DNA of 64,000 nucleotides from Trueperaceae bacterium (GTDB taxonomy: Bacteria; Deinococcota; Deinococci; Deinococcales; Trueperaceae). The notes beneath the pieces were generated by a model. It did not search any database and was not told the origin of the DNA. It was given only the letters and a program-made list of their open reading frames with translations. The position numbers were made by a program, and so were the translations under genes. Position 1 is the first letter of the stretch. Each line of letters starts with the position of its first letter. Positions 62,791 through 64,000 of this stretch are shown here, piece after piece. The stretch covers positions 2,656,001 to 2,720,000 of the forward strand of contig OZ243913.1 in the NCBI GenBank assembly GCA_965213705.1, written 5' to 3'.

Positions 62791-63445
62791 CGGGCAAGGA
62801 TTCGAACCGATTCAAAATGAGTATTCTGCCCACCGGCTGCCTTGGTTCCTGTTCGCTACACTCAGCTTGCACCGCTTTTGTAAGCGACTCAACCAAAACA
62901 CATAGCGTACCCTTTCTGTTTGATTTCCTTGGAATTAGGTGTGAGCAGAGCGAAAAGAAAGAATACGGACTAGCGATAAGAAAGCGAACAACTCTTCCAA
63001 GGGGAGCTGTAGTATCGAAATCCGTATCACCCATAGGTTTCCACTGTTTTTGCCTAACTGCCTGTGCTCTGAGAGCTGCTTCAGCGGCTACTGTCTGTGC
63101 GCAGATTGCGCGCAACAACCGCAAAAGATGTGTCTTTGAAATTCACTGTCTTCTCTAGCACTTCCCTGTTGACAGCAAGATGCTTTTGTCGCGCTATAGT
63201 CTAACTTTGGTCTAAGACAGTACGCTCCGCGCAGGTTTATCGACGTCATGACATCTTCTCAACTTCTCGACCACTTATGAGACGATGGTTCGCACACGCT
63301 GCTGCAACCCACCTCTCAGCGCTCGGGGTACTCCGTTACTCGTCCCAACACGCCTTAGAGGACGGTCAAGCCGTATACTGACCCGTAGTACCGAGCTGGC
63401 GATTTTGGGGCGGGGGGTCGGTGGGTGCTCGAGCCGGGGGAAGGT

Positions 63446-63962
63446 TTGAAAGAGAGTATCCGGCCGTCGGGAAGCCGGCTGAGGACGTTGCGCGGGCGAC
63501 TCTCACTGCGGGACGAGTTTGCCCTGGCGTTTCTGCCGACGGTGACGGTTTTGCTGGATTTTTGCGCTGGTCGAGGTACTCAGCCGCCAACGCTTGCTGT
63601 TTGCCTCGCTGGCCTCGTCAGCTTTTTTAATCTACCTCGACCCCGAACACGGCATGAACAGCGCCCGCACCCTCGTGACCGCACAGATGGCCGCGGCGCT
63701 TATCGGACTGGCCGTCCACGCGCTGCTGGGGCCGGGCTACTTGGCCGGGGGCGTGTCGATGCTGCTCACCATCACGCTCATGATTTTGCTCGACGCGGTC
63801 CACCCGCCGGCGGTGTCCACTGCGCTGGCCTTTGCGTTTCGGGCGGGTCAAGACAGCAACTTGCTTGTCTTCGCCCTCGCCGTCGGCGTGACCGTTACAC
63901 TTTTGGGTATAGAGCGGGTGACGGTGTGGCGCTTGGCCGTGCTCAAACGGAGGAAAACGTGA
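63446..63962 (+). pseudogene. HPP-family membrane protein with a single frameshift
   Basis: N-part LRDEFALAFLPTVTVLL (from TTG 63446) shifts +1 at ~63557 into IFALVEVLSRQRLLFASLASSAF...HPPAVSTA. Confidence 0.7.
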
Positions 63963-64000
63963 ACGACGATTCAGGTTCACCGGTCTACGGGTCGTGGCTG

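Noticed and set aside
62762..63158. 120-aa and 123-aa ORFs on opposite strands
   Set aside because: No recognisable motifs, SD or codon bias.
63959..64000. Possible gene start GTG overlapping the HPP stop
   Set aside because: Only 14 codons visible; cannot be assigned.

Overview
GC-rich (about 62% by eye) chromosome segment of a Deinococcota bacterium, probably Truepera-like. This assignment rests on gene content (spoVS, family-4 UDG, tandem desiccation-related ferritin-like genes) and many leaderless TANNNT-start genes. The core carries ilvB/ilvN with an attenuator, rsmB, lon, dtd, htpG, csp, moaB/mog, sucCD, MacAB-type and Opp-type ABC transporters, two two-component systems, a TetR/P450 pair and three tRNA genes. 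Accessory content includes HicAB, low-GC orphans, a HEPN-like gene split by an IS1 and an IS5 element, and a toxin-antitoxin (TA) cluster. The strongest leads are: (1) a DIP1984/DUF6847 gene followed immediately by a self-closed ~208-nt structured RNA candidate with a permuted tRNA-like module (43686-43893), a possible protein-ncRNA system; (2) a cassette-like array of TA modules (52780-55200) separated by a ~49-bp repeat, with cassette junctions at CTCGAG; (3) a window-wide excess of CTCGAG and depletion of GATC. All calls come from reading the sequence; no searches or folding programs were run.
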